Origin: an uncultured Gammaproteobacteria bacterium
GTDB lineage: Bacteria > Patescibacteriota > Microgenomatia > UBA12405
Direction of reading: 5' to 3'
Length of the DNA: 64,000 bases
NCBI GenBank assembly: GCA_964408995.1
Contig: CAYPBP010000001.1
Span: 74,823 to 138,822 of the forward strand
Part shown: piece by piece, positions 19,887 through 29,676 of the stretch
Layout of the letters: every line of letters begins with the position of its first letter
Numbering within the stretch: position 1 is the first letter of the stretch
The notes under the pieces: model-generated
What the model saw: the letters and a program-made list of their open reading frames with translations, nothing else
What the model was told of the DNA's origin: nothing
Databases searched by the model: none
Position numbers and translations under genes: made by a program

Positions 19887-20591
19887 ATGAAAAAAATAAT
19901 ACCTATCGTAATTGCAGTCGTTATTGTTATCTCTTTAATTTTATTTTTTGTATTGACTCGCGACAAAAAAACGACCACAAATCCAAATGCTAAAAATACC
20001 CAAGTTTCAAAAGAAATAGCATTAACAGCAGATGAATTACCAACTATTAGTCTTATTCCAAGAGCCGACGGTCATGAATTAAAATTTAAAGTAGCTAATA
20101 TCTCACCAAAATTTTCAACTGCCGAATACGAACTGATTTATACAGCAAAAGATGGTGAGCTAGAAATTGACAAAGGAGTCGGGGGCACTATAGAACTTGA
20201 TAGTAATAACTTTGAAAAAGATCTCTTGTTAGGCACTTCTAGCTGCACTAATGGCTGTAAATATAAATACGACGAAGGCATTGTTGGTGGAAATCTTACC
20301 TTAACTTTAACCACTGACAATAATGAATACTACACTTTTGAAACTCCCTTCGTTTTAAAAACATCAGCTGAAATTAATAAAGAAAAAGGCCTTAGCTTAA
20401 TTGAAGAAAACTTTTCTATTAAAGGCACTGTTACTAGTAAAAGTGACTTCTTTATCGCCATTAAAAATGCTAAACCAGTTTATTCAGTTTTTTCAAGTGG
20501 CAACGGTAACGGTAAAATTACCTCAATTGAACCAACCACTATCACTAAAACTAGTTTAACTTCTTTTGTTGGTGATTATCTTATTCCCTAA
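19887..20591 (+). CDS. Hypothetical membrane-anchored extracytoplasmic protein
   Basis: N-terminal TM; CTNGC motif; stop abuts the rsmH start. Confidence 0.7.
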   Translation: MKKIIPIVIAVVIVISLILFFVLTRDKKTTTNPNAKNTQVSKEIALTADELPTISLIPRADGHELKFKVANISPKFSTAEYELIYTAKDGELEIDKGVGGTIELDSNNFEKDLLLGTSSCTNGCKYKYDEGIVGGNLTLTLTTDNNEYYTFETPFVLKTSAEINKEKGLSLIEENFSIKGTVTSKSDFFIAIKNAKPVYSVFSSGNGNGKITSIEPTTITKTSLTSFVGDYLIP

Positions 20592-21476
20592 ATGGAATTT
20601 CATACCCCAGTTTTATTAAAAGAAACTATCGACCTTTTAAACGTCCAAAAAGACCATCTTTATATTGATGGCACCCTTGGTCATGGCGGTCACACTTTAG
20701 AAATTTTAAAAAATGGTGGTATAGTTTATGGCTTTGACCAAGACCCAAACAACCTAAAAATTGCTAAGAATAGAATTCAAGAAGCTGGTTTTGATAAACA
20801 GTTCTTTCCAATTCATGGCAATTTTAATCAATTAGAAAAAATTGTCACCACTAAAATCTTAAAAAAAGCTGATGGCTTACTAATTGATTTAGGCTTAAGT
20901 CAAAATCAACAAACAGCACAAGATAGGGGATTTTCTTTTAATGACAATAATTCTCTTGATATGCGTCTAGACCCAGAAAACCAAGAATTAACCGCCGAAG
21001 AAATTATTAATACTTATGACTATGACCAACTTTACGAAATTTTTAGCAAATATGGTCAAGAAGTCTACAGTAAACCAATAATTCTAAAAATAATAAGACA
21101 ACGCCAAAAATCACCAATTCAAACAGCCACCAGATTAGCTGATATTGTTAGAGAATTTTATAAAGAACGCCATATTAGATCAAAAATAGATCCTAGTACT
21201 AAAATATTTTTAAGTCTAAGAATTATTGTTAACGAGGAATTTAATAATTTAAAAGATATCCTAAATCAAAGTCTAAAAATTGTTAAACCAGATGCTAATG
21301 TTTGTATCATCACTTTCCATTCAGGTGAAGACAGGATTGTTAAACAATTTATCAAAGATAATTCTTTACAAAAGAAGATAATTGAAAATAAAAAACCAAT
21401 TAAAGCCAGCTTTGAAGAAATCAAAAAAAATCCTCTATCTCGCTCTGCCACCCTAAGATCTTATAGAATCGTATAG
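20592..21476 (+). CDS. rsmH: 16S rRNA m4C1402 methyltransferase
   Basis: HTPVLL, DGTLGHGGH, DLGLS, LDMR, ITFHSGEDR, NPLSRSA motifs. Confidence 0.95.
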   Translation: MEFHTPVLLKETIDLLNVQKDHLYIDGTLGHGGHTLEILKNGGIVYGFDQDPNNLKIAKNRIQEAGFDKQFFPIHGNFNQLEKIVTTKILKKADGLLIDLGLSQNQQTAQDRGFSFNDNNSLDMRLDPENQELTAEEIINTYDYDQLYEIFSKYGQEVYSKPIILKIIRQRQKSPIQTATRLADIVREFYKERHIRSKIDPSTKIFLSLRIIVNEEFNNLKDILNQSLKIVKPDANVCIITFHSGEDRIVKQFIKDNSLQKKIIENKKPIKASFEEIKKNPLSRSATLRSYRIV

Positions 21477-21488
21477 AATAGTATAAGG

Positions 21489-21746
21489 ATGTTAAACAAA
21501 CCATTTTTTTTAATTCTATTTTTATTAGTCATTATTCAAGTTCTCTTTTCCTTTTATTATTCTAGTGAAATCATTAATCAAAATAATTTAATAAACAAAA
21601 ATAAAACAATTCTAGAAACATTAGAAATAGAAAACCAAGACCTAGAAGAAAAATTTGCTTCAGCATCTTCACTAAGACAAATTGAATCTTCTATTAACCA
21701 AAAAAATTACATTAATTTAAAAGAAAAATTAAATCTTCAAAATTAA
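21489..21746 (+). CDS. FtsL-like cell division protein
   Basis: TM plus coiled coil, positioned between rsmH and the PBP gene. Confidence 0.6.
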   Translation: MLNKPFFLILFLLVIIQVLFSFYYSSEIINQNNLINKNKTILETLEIENQDLEEKFASASSLRQIESSINQKNYINLKEKLNLQN

Positions 21747-21747
21747 A

Positions 21748-23400
21748 GTGTTAAAACAAAGATCAAAAATATTATCTATCACTCTAACTTTTTGTTTTGT
21801 TGTTGTTTCTTTTAGACTTTTTTATTGGCAAATAATAAAAGGTTATGAATTAAGTGAAAAAGCCAAAAACCAAACTTACAAACTAGAAAAAATAATCCCT
21901 AAACGAGGTCAAATATATTCATCGGACAATTTTCCTTTAGCTTTAAACAAAACTAGTTACCAGCTTTCCATTTACAAACCAAATTTAAAAGATAACTTAG
22001 ATAATGTTATTAATAATATCGACCAAGTTGTCCCCAATTTCAAACTTGAAAATAATATATCAATCGATAATATAAAGAATAATCCCAATCAAAAATGGAT
22101 GACTTTTAACTCTCTTTTAAATGAATTTCAGAAAGAACAATTAGAGCTCCCTGGTATTGAATTTCAAAAAATTGAAAAAAGATATTACCCAGAAGAACCA
22201 ATGGCCAAAGATATTATCGGTATAATTGGAAAAAACTATGAAGGTTCACCAATTGGCTATGGGGGACTTGAAGCTTTTTATCAAAAAAAACTAAAGGGTA
22301 AAACTGGTTTTGTTTGGGCTCCGCAAGATGCCGTTGGAAAAACCGTTTTAAACAAAAAAAGTTGGAGTTCTGAATCAGTAAGTGGTAGAAACATTTTTAC
22401 TTATATTAATCGCAGTGCTCAATTTTATGTTGAAAAATTACTTAAAGAAGGTATCACTCAATTTTCAGCTGATTCTGGATCGATAACAGTTATAGATCCC
22501 AAAACTGGAGCTATTATCGCCATGGCTTCTTTGACTAGCACTAGTTCGGCCACACCTAGTTCCAATATCAGAAACCCAGCTATTTCTGATCTATTTGAAC
22601 CAGGCTCAATTTTTAAACCAATTATAGTTTCTATGGCACTCGACGCCAAATCAATTGACACTGATTACATTTGCACCCAATGTGATCGACCAAATGTAAT
22701 TGGTAAAGATAACATCAGTAACTGGGATGGGGCACTTCACCCTAACTCCAGTCTTCAAGATATTATAAAAAATTCTGATAATATCGGCATGAGTCATATT
22801 ATTAGTAAACTTGGTCTTAAAAATTTTTTAAGTTATTATCAAAAACTTGGTCTTAGTCAAAAAACCGGTATCGATCTTCAAGGAGAATCTAAAGCATCTT
22901 TAAAAACGAAATGGCCAGACATAGACTTAGCCACTGCTTCCTTTGGTCAAGGTATAGTTGTCACTCAAATAAATATGCTTCAAGCTTTTAATGTCATTGC
23001 TAATGATGGTGTTTTGGTTAAACCAAAAGTTGCTAATTATTTTACCGAAGAAGATAAGATTATAAAAAATAAAAACCAAACAGAAACTCAAATTTTCAAA
23101 CCAGAAACTATAAAAAATATGAAAGACATTTTGAAATATTCAGTTGAAAATGGAGTTATTGCCAAACTAAAACCAAAAGATATTGAGGTTTGTGCCAAAA
23201 GTGGTACCGCCCAAATAGCTGTTAAAGGTAAATACTCTGATTCTTCAACCATTGCTTCTTACATTGGTTTTTCTCCATGTATTAACCCTAAGTTTACGAT
23301 GATTGTCACTATTAACAATCCTAAAACTTCTCCTTGGGGATCAAGTACGGCTGCCCCAATTTGGTATGATTTGGCCTCAAAGCTAAACTATTTGTTATAA
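21748..23400 (+). CDS. ftsI: Class B penicillin-binding protein (FtsI-like transpeptidase)
   Basis: RGQI, RYYP, EPGSIFK (SxxK), SDN (SxN), KSGT motifs; dcw position. Confidence 0.88.
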   Translation: MLKQRSKILSITLTFCFVVVSFRLFYWQIIKGYELSEKAKNQTYKLEKIIPKRGQIYSSDNFPLALNKTSYQLSIYKPNLKDNLDNVINNIDQVVPNFKLENNISIDNIKNNPNQKWMTFNSLLNEFQKEQLELPGIEFQKIEKRYYPEEPMAKDIIGIIGKNYEGSPIGYGGLEAFYQKKLKGKTGFVWAPQDAVGKTVLNKKSWSSESVSGRNIFTYINRSAQFYVEKLLKEGITQFSADSGSITVIDPKTGAIIAMASLTSTSSATPSSNIRNPAISDLFEPGSIFKPIIVSMALDAKSIDTDYICTQCDRPNVIGKDNISNWDGALHPNSSLQDIIKNSDNIGMSHIISKLGLKNFLSYYQKLGLSQKTGIDLQGESKASLKTKWPDIDLATASFGQGIVVTQINMLQAFNVIANDGVLVKPKVANYFTEEDKIIKNKNQTETQIFKPETIKNMKDILKYSVENGVIAKLKPKDIEVCAKSGTAQIAVKGKYSDSSTIASYIGFSPCINPKFTMIVTINNPKTSPWGSSTAAPIWYDLASKLNYLL

Positions 23401-23414
23401 TCAAATACTAGAAA

Positions 23415-24716
23415 ATGATACAGAAAATTAAAAACAACTTCTGGCATCTGCCTAAAAACTTTTTATTGAATATTAAATACGGTTTTCCCTCCAAAAAACT
23501 TATTTTAATTGGCATCACCGGCACAGATGGTAAAACTACCACTTGTACTCTTATTCATGAAATTTTAAGGAAATCTGGTATAAAAGCAGGTTTAATCAGC
23601 ACTATTTGTGCCAAGATTGAAGATAAAGAAATAAGCACTGGTTTACACACCACTTCTCCAGATCCAAGTCTAATTCAAAAAATTTTTATTGATATGATAA
23701 AAGCTGGTGTCACCCACGTTGTTTGTGAAGTAACTTCTCATGCTTTAGATCAAAATCGTTTTTTTGGTTGTAAATTCGAAGTTTCTGGTATCACTAATGT
23801 TTCCCATGAACATATGGATTACCATAAAACCATGACCAATTATATAAATGCTAAAGCTAAACTTTTTTCCATGTCAAAAAGTGCTATTTTAAATAAAGAT
23901 GATCAATCTTTTAATTTAATTAAAAAACAAATCAAAGTTCCCTTTAAAACATTCAGTATCAAAGATGATTCTGATTATCAAGCCAAAAAAATTAAATTAG
24001 ACGAAAATTCACTTAGTTTTGAAGTTAATGATCAAAAATTCATCACCGATAGTAACCAAGAATATCAAGTCTATAATATTTTATTAACTCTCGGCATTTG
24101 TCAAAAATTAAAAATAGATACTAACATAATTCAAGAAGTTATCAAAAAATTTCCCGAAACCAGAGGTCGACGTGAAGAAGTTGAGAATAATCTTAAGATA
24201 AAAACTATTATTGATTTTGCTCATACTCCAAACGCTCTATCTTCATCACTATCATCACTTAAAAAAACAACTAAAGGAAATCTTGTCGTTATTTTTGGAG
24301 CTACCGGAGGTAGAGACCAAAGTAAAAGGCCTAAAATGGGTGAAGTTGTTTCCAATATAGCCAATATTGCCATAATTACTTCAGATGATACTCGAAATGA
24401 AAAGATAGAAAACATTAATAAACAAATAATTAGTGGTATAGATCAAAAAAAATCAGAACTAATTGATCATCAAGAAATTAAAAATAAAAAACATCTTCAA
24501 AAAATAATTGAATTATCAAAACATAAATTTGTTTATTTTAATGTTCCCAATCGTCAAGATGCTTTCACTTTAGCTGTCAAACTAAGTCAACCTAGTGACA
24601 CTATTATTGCTTGTGGCAAAGGACACGAAAAAACTATCCTTCATGGCAATACTGAATATCCTTGGTCTGAAGCAGAAGCTTTTAGAACTGCTTTTAGACT
24701 TAGAAAAAATAAGTAA
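23415..24716 (+). CDS. murE: MurE-like Mur ligase
   Basis: GITGTDGKTT, EVTSH, EHMDYH, DFAHTP, GKGHE motifs; DDTR in place of DNPR. Confidence 0.88.
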   Translation: MIQKIKNNFWHLPKNFLLNIKYGFPSKKLILIGITGTDGKTTTCTLIHEILRKSGIKAGLISTICAKIEDKEISTGLHTTSPDPSLIQKIFIDMIKAGVTHVVCEVTSHALDQNRFFGCKFEVSGITNVSHEHMDYHKTMTNYINAKAKLFSMSKSAILNKDDQSFNLIKKQIKVPFKTFSIKDDSDYQAKKIKLDENSLSFEVNDQKFITDSNQEYQVYNILLTLGICQKLKIDTNIIQEVIKKFPETRGRREEVENNLKIKTIIDFAHTPNALSSSLSSLKKTTKGNLVVIFGATGGRDQSKRPKMGEVVSNIANIAIITSDDTRNEKIENINKQIISGIDQKKSELIDHQEIKNKKHLQKIIELSKHKFVYFNVPNRQDAFTLAVKLSQPSDTIIACGKGHEKTILHGNTEYPWSEAEAFRTAFRLRKNK

Positions 24717-24717
24717 T

Positions 24718-25314
24718 ATGAGTCAATTCAATATAAAAAACGATCAAAATATAGATAATAATTATCAAGCTGGTTTTCTTCCCCAAAGAAATGACAAGAA
24801 CTTATTTTATTTTCAAAGCAGTTGCCGTTCTAATTTAAACAACTTTAAGCTTAGCTCTGAGAATCGTCGAATTATTAATAAAACAGATAATTTTACTTTT
24901 GAAAAAATTGCCATCAATAATTTTGATTACAACTTTAAAATTCAAAAAGAAATTAACACTTGGGTAAAAAATTTAAAGTGGGATTTTCCTATAAGTTCAA
25001 TTAAAAACGTTTTTACTAATCATATTTTCAATTATGTTTATGTTTGGAAAAATGAGAATAATCAAATAATTGCTTATTCTCTCTGTTATTTTTCCCAAAA
25101 GATAAGTCACATTGCTTATGTTTTTTATAACCCAGATTGTGCTCATGGAAATTTACCAATCAGACTTGTCCTTCAAACTATTATTGATAGTCAACAATTA
25201 GGGCTTGAATATTGTTATTTAGGTCGTTTCTCAAAAGAAACTGGTTATTACAAAAGAAACATGCCTGGTTTTGAATATTTCGAAAATCAAAACTGGATTA
25301 AATATGAAAAATAA
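24718..25314 (+). CDS. Putative aminoacyl-tRNA-dependent transferase (ATE/Bpt-like GNAT fold)
   Basis: C-terminal YVFYNPD...L..I......GLEYCYLG.......YK resembles the ATE/Bpt C-domain. Confidence 0.55.
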   Translation: MSQFNIKNDQNIDNNYQAGFLPQRNDKNLFYFQSSCRSNLNNFKLSSENRRIINKTDNFTFEKIAINNFDYNFKIQKEINTWVKNLKWDFPISSIKNVFTNHIFNYVYVWKNENNQIIAYSLCYFSQKISHIAYVFYNPDCAHGNLPIRLVLQTIIDSQQLGLEYCYLGRFSKETGYYKRNMPGFEYFENQNWIKYEK

Positions 25315-25321
25315 ATTAATT

Positions 25322-25356
25322 TTATACTTAATACTTAATACTAAATACTAAATACT
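25322..25356. repeat. Heptamer tandem repeat (W)AATACT x5, intergenic
   Basis: TTATACT-TAATACT-TAATACT-AAATACT-AAATACT. Confidence 0.8.
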
Positions 25357-25359
25357 TTT

Positions 25360-26733
25360 ATGCATATACACATCTTAGGAATTGCTGGAACCATGACCGC
25401 CTCTCTGGCTGTAGCCCTTCAAAAAGAAGGTCACACCATCACTGGTTCTGATCAAGACAAAATTTATCCACCAGTAAGCACTATTTTAAAAAAAGCTAAT
25501 ATAGATATAAATTCTACTAAGATAAATAAAAATATAGATTTAGCTATAATCGGTTCTTCTTTTTCTAGTTTTCAAAAAACTAAAGAAGAATTTGAACAAA
25601 TTAAAAAACTAAAAATCAAATATATTTCAGCAAGCGTTTTTATTGCTCAAAATTTAATCAAAGAAAATTCTATTCTTATTGCTGGGACTTATGGCAAAAC
25701 CACTATCTCATCTTTAGTCTCTTGGGTTTTTAATCAATCAAATCTAAATCCCAATTATATGTTTGGTGGAGAAGCTATTAATCGCTTTCCAGCCACTAAC
25801 ATTTCATCCTCAGATTGGTCAATAATCGAAGCTGATGAATCAATTCATGGTTTAGATACTAAAGCCAAATTTCTTTATTACCCAGTTAAATACTTATTAT
25901 TAACCAGTGCCGATTGGGAACATAAAGATTCTTATAAAACTGAAATCGACAATTTTAATGCCTTTAAAGAATTGATTACCAATATCCAAAAAGATGGAAT
26001 TTTATTTATAAATTCCAATGGTTTTCATACCAAAGAATTAAGTCTTTATTCAAATTCAAAAATTATTACTTACAATTCCCCAACATCTGACTATTTTATT
26101 AAAAATATAAAAATTAAAAAGAATTACACTCTTTTAAATATTAGTACACCAAGGGAAATTATCCAAATTAAAACCAAGTTAATTGGTGATTTTAATTTTG
26201 AAAATATTTTAGCTGCCATTGCCATTACTGATACTTTTAATTTAAAACTAACCAACATCAAAAAAGCTGTTTTAAGTTTTAAAGGAATCAAACGTCGAAT
26301 TGAAAATGTCTCAACTAAAAATAATATTTTAATATTTGATGATTTTGCCCAATCAGCCAACCGAGTAGAATCAACCCTAAAAGCTATTCATTCTCACTTC
26401 CCTAAAAAAAATATTAAAGTTTTATACCAAGCTCATGCTTCTTTTATTCAATATAAAGAAAGTCTAAAAGATTTTAAAAATGCTTTTTTAAAAGCATCCC
26501 AAGTAGTTTTAACTCAATTAAACTATCAAAAAAATATAGATAAAAATCAACGAACTACAGTTAAAGATTTTAAAGAAACTATCGGAAACAAACTTGTATA
26601 TTTACCAACCGATAAAGAAGTCGTTGAGTTTTATAAAAAAAACCTAAACAAAAATGATGTTTTGATAAACATGAGTTCTGGTGGCTTTTATGGAAATAAA
26701 ATGATTAAATCTATTATCAACTCTTTAAAATAA
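25360..26733 (+). CDS. MurC/Mpl-family ligase
   Basis: HIHILGIAG, GSD, AGTYGKTT, IEADES, FKGIKRR, DDFA motifs. Confidence 0.85.
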   Translation: MHIHILGIAGTMTASLAVALQKEGHTITGSDQDKIYPPVSTILKKANIDINSTKINKNIDLAIIGSSFSSFQKTKEEFEQIKKLKIKYISASVFIAQNLIKENSILIAGTYGKTTISSLVSWVFNQSNLNPNYMFGGEAINRFPATNISSSDWSIIEADESIHGLDTKAKFLYYPVKYLLLTSADWEHKDSYKTEIDNFNAFKELITNIQKDGILFINSNGFHTKELSLYSNSKIITYNSPTSDYFIKNIKIKKNYTLLNISTPREIIQIKTKLIGDFNFENILAAIAITDTFNLKLTNIKKAVLSFKGIKRRIENVSTKNNILIFDDFAQSANRVESTLKAIHSHFPKKNIKVLYQAHASFIQYKESLKDFKNAFLKASQVVLTQLNYQKNIDKNQRTTVKDFKETIGNKLVYLPTDKEVVEFYKKNLNKNDVLINMSSGGFYGNKMIKSIINSLK

Positions 26734-26736
26734 AAT

Positions 26737-28065
26737 ATGCCCAAATATATAATCAACGGTGGTAAAGAATTAAAAGGTGAAGTTTCTATAAGAGGAGCTA
26801 AAAATGCCAGTTTTAAGCAAGTAATTGCTTCAATGCTAACGGACCAAAAAGTCATTTTAAATAACGTACCTCAAATATCAGATGTAAAAATTACTACCAG
26901 TATTGCCAAAAGTCTTGGTTGTAATGTCCAGCAAACTGGGGAACATGGTCTTGAATTAACAACCCAAAAAATCACCAATTCTGTTGTCCCAACTGGAACT
27001 GGAGAAAAATCTAGAACTTCTTTTATGTTTGCCGCTCCATTATTAACCAGAACCGGCAGTGCTATTGTCCCAGTCCCAGGTGGAGATAAATTAGGTGACC
27101 GACCACTAAATCGTCTTTTTGATTGTTTTTCTAAAATGAACATTAAAACTGTTGAATCAGAAAAAACAATAACTTTTAATACTGACAAAATTGTAGGAAC
27201 TCATTACACTTTTTCAAAACCATCACACACTGTAACTGAAGTAGTTTTAATGACCGCAGCCCTGGCCCAGGGTGAAACCATTCTTGATAATGCCGCTCTA
27301 GAACCAGAAATTGATGACTTAATTTTAATGTTAAATAATATGGGTGCCAAAATTCAAAGAGATACTGCCAATGAAAAAAGAATTATAATTCAAGGAGTTT
27401 CTTCCCTAAAAGGTGTCCAACACGACATAATCTGTGACCGCAATGAAATAATAACTTTTGCTTGTGCTGCTTTGGCGACCAAGGGTTCTATTTGTATTTT
27501 AAGAGTCAAACCAGAAATTGTTAGTACTTTTTTAGAAACTATAAAAACCATGGGGGCTGAAGTAAGAACTGGTAAAGATGAACTCTGTGTCAAATGGGTG
27601 AAGCCGTTAACTGGTGTCAACATTGAAACTGGCCCAGAACCTATGTTTATGACCGATTGGCAGGCTATTTTTACAGTTCTTTTAAGCCAAACTGTGGGTT
27701 GTAGCTCAATTATTGAAAGAGTCTATCCAAACCGATTTCAACATATAGAAAACTTAATAAATATGGGAGTAAAAGTAAAATTTTTCAATCCAGAAATAGC
27801 TAACCCAGATGATTATTACCAATTTAATAAAGAAAGTGATCGACCAGAATACTTTCATGGAGTTAAAATTTACGGACCAAGCAAGCTTAAACCTACTAAT
27901 TTTACTATCAATGATCTTCGATCCGGAGCTTGTGTCACTATAGCCGCCCTAACAGCACCAGGTGAATCAGTTATTAATGGTGTTGAATATATTGAAAGAG
28001 GCTATGAAAAACTGGCCGAACGTCTTTGGTCTTTAGGTGCTAATATAGAGTATATAAAAACCTAA
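26737..28065 (+). CDS. murA: UDP-N-acetylglucosamine 1-carboxyvinyltransferase (Asp-type active site)
   Basis: GAKNA, PGGDKLGDRP, NAALEPEI, TDWQ, DLRSG, IERGYE motifs. Confidence 0.95.
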   Translation: MPKYIINGGKELKGEVSIRGAKNASFKQVIASMLTDQKVILNNVPQISDVKITTSIAKSLGCNVQQTGEHGLELTTQKITNSVVPTGTGEKSRTSFMFAAPLLTRTGSAIVPVPGGDKLGDRPLNRLFDCFSKMNIKTVESEKTITFNTDKIVGTHYTFSKPSHTVTEVVLMTAALAQGETILDNAALEPEIDDLILMLNNMGAKIQRDTANEKRIIIQGVSSLKGVQHDIICDRNEIITFACAALATKGSICILRVKPEIVSTFLETIKTMGAEVRTGKDELCVKWVKPLTGVNIETGPEPMFMTDWQAIFTVLLSQTVGCSSIIERVYPNRFQHIENLINMGVKVKFFNPEIANPDDYYQFNKESDRPEYFHGVKIYGPSKLKPTNFTINDLRSGACVTIAALTAPGESVINGVEYIERGYEKLAERLWSLGANIEYIKT

Positions 28066-28069
28066 TTTT

Positions 28070-29104
28070 ATGATGCAATTATATCTAGGACTCCTACTTT
28101 TTTCATTTTTAATTACTAGTATTTTAGTAGTTCCATTTATCAATCTGCTTTATAAACTAAAATTTCAACGCCAACTTCAAAAAACAACTGATTTTCAAAA
28201 CAATAGAACTCCTATTTTTGATAAATTTCATAATCAAAAACAAGGTACACCTGTTGGTGGGGGTTTATTAGTTATTGTTTCTGTCTGTATTATTTTTGCC
28301 TTTCTTTTCCCAATTTTAAAGTTTTCTAACCTTTTTATTTCATCTAACTACAATATAACTCACGAATTAACTATTTTATTTTTTACCTTTATTAGTTTTG
28401 GGTTACTAGGTCTTTACGATGATATTTATAAATTCTTTGGTTTTAGTAAAACTGGTTTCTTTGGTCTAAAAATGTTTTATAAATTAGTTTTACAACTAAT
28501 TTTAGCTTTAATTATTTCTTCAATGATTTATTTTCAACTAGGTACTGATTTCATTTACATTCCTTTCTTAGGCATCATTAAACTAGGAATTTTCTTTATC
28601 CCTATTTCCACTCTTATCATTGCTGGTTTTGCTAATTTCTTTAATATTACCGACGGTCTAGATGGTCTTTCCTGTGGTTTATTAATGATTTCTCTCTTTG
28701 CTTTTTGGATACTAGCCAGCACTTCAATGGATACAGTCATTTCATCATTTCTTGCTCTCTGGATTGGCGCTTTAATCGCCTTTTTATATTTCAATGTTCA
28801 TCCGGCTAGAATTTGGTTAGGAGATGTTGGGGCCCTATCTTTTGGTGCCACTTTTGCAGTCATTGCTCTTTTGCTTGGCAAAATAGTTCCTTTAATTATT
28901 GTTGGAGCTCCTTTCCTAGTCGAAGGACTTTCCAGTGCCATTCAAATTCTTTCAAAAAAATTCTTAAAAAGAAAAATATTTCCAGCTGCTCCAATTCATT
29001 TAACTCTTCAACACCTTGGTTGGGAAGAAGATAAAATTGTTTTTAGGGCTTGGCTAGCTGGTATTATGTTAGCTATATTTGGACTATGGTTGGGAATAAA
29101 TTAA
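28070..29104 (+). CDS. mraY: Phospho-N-acetylmuramoyl-pentapeptide transferase
   Basis: GTPVGGG, GLYDD, NITDGLDGL, FNVHPA..LGDVG, APIH motifs. Confidence 0.93.
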   Translation: MMQLYLGLLLFSFLITSILVVPFINLLYKLKFQRQLQKTTDFQNNRTPIFDKFHNQKQGTPVGGGLLVIVSVCIIFAFLFPILKFSNLFISSNYNITHELTILFFTFISFGLLGLYDDIYKFFGFSKTGFFGLKMFYKLVLQLILALIISSMIYFQLGTDFIYIPFLGIIKLGIFFIPISTLIIAGFANFFNITDGLDGLSCGLLMISLFAFWILASTSMDTVISSFLALWIGALIAFLYFNVHPARIWLGDVGALSFGATFAVIALLLGKIVPLIIVGAPFLVEGLSSAIQILSKKFLKRKIFPAAPIHLTLQHLGWEEDKIVFRAWLAGIMLAIFGLWLGIN

Positions 29105-29628
29105 CACAACTTAAAAAAGAAATTGAACATTATATTGGTTTGCCATATAGTAAAAATATTCTTAAAGATGGCAAAATAATCAAAGAACAATTTCTTGGGG
29201 GTAAGGGCAACTGTCGTCAAATTGCTACTGAAACCATTAGACTTGCCCAAAAACAAAAAATAGACCTACTCAAATTAACTAATCAAGAATTCTACAATTT
29301 TCAAAAAAAGAATCATCTTGGTATCGATTGTTCTGGTCTTGTTTGCCAACTACTCAATTTTTATTTTGAAACCAATTTAAATCCACGTAAAAACTCGGCT
29401 AACATGCTCACTTCTGCTCCACTTTCAAAAGAAATAAAAGAAGAAGATATTAAAACAGGGGATTTAGTTAGACAAAAAAACGGTCATCACGTTTTATTTA
29501 TAATTGAAAAACAAGGCAATATTATCAAATACGTTGATAGCTCTCGTGAAAACAGAGGAGTCAAATACGGTCAGTTTGACCTTCAAGACAAAACCTTTAA
29601 ACACCTTGGTTTCTATCGATTAAAATAA
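29086..29628 (+). CDS. NlpC/P60-like cysteine peptidase
   Basis: IGLPY, GIDCSGLV, GDLV, HHV motifs; start placed at ATG 29086. Confidence 0.75.
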   Translation: MVGNKLTQLKKEIEHYIGLPYSKNILKDGKIIKEQFLGGKGNCRQIATETIRLAQKQKIDLLKLTNQEFYNFQKKNHLGIDCSGLVCQLLNFYFETNLNPRKNSANMLTSAPLSKEIKEEDIKTGDLVRQKNGHHVLFIIEKQGNIIKYVDSSRENRGVKYGQFDLQDKTFKHLGFYRLK

Positions 29629-29634
29629 ATTCAC

Positions 29635-29666
29635 AAATGTACCCCCGCAGCTGCGGGGGTACATTT
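29635..29666. terminator. Perfect 32-bp palindrome, probable bidirectional terminator or REP-like element
   Basis: AAATGTACCCCCGCAG|CTGCGGGGGTACATTT between convergent genes. Confidence 0.65.
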
Positions 29667-29676
29667 AATTAATTAC

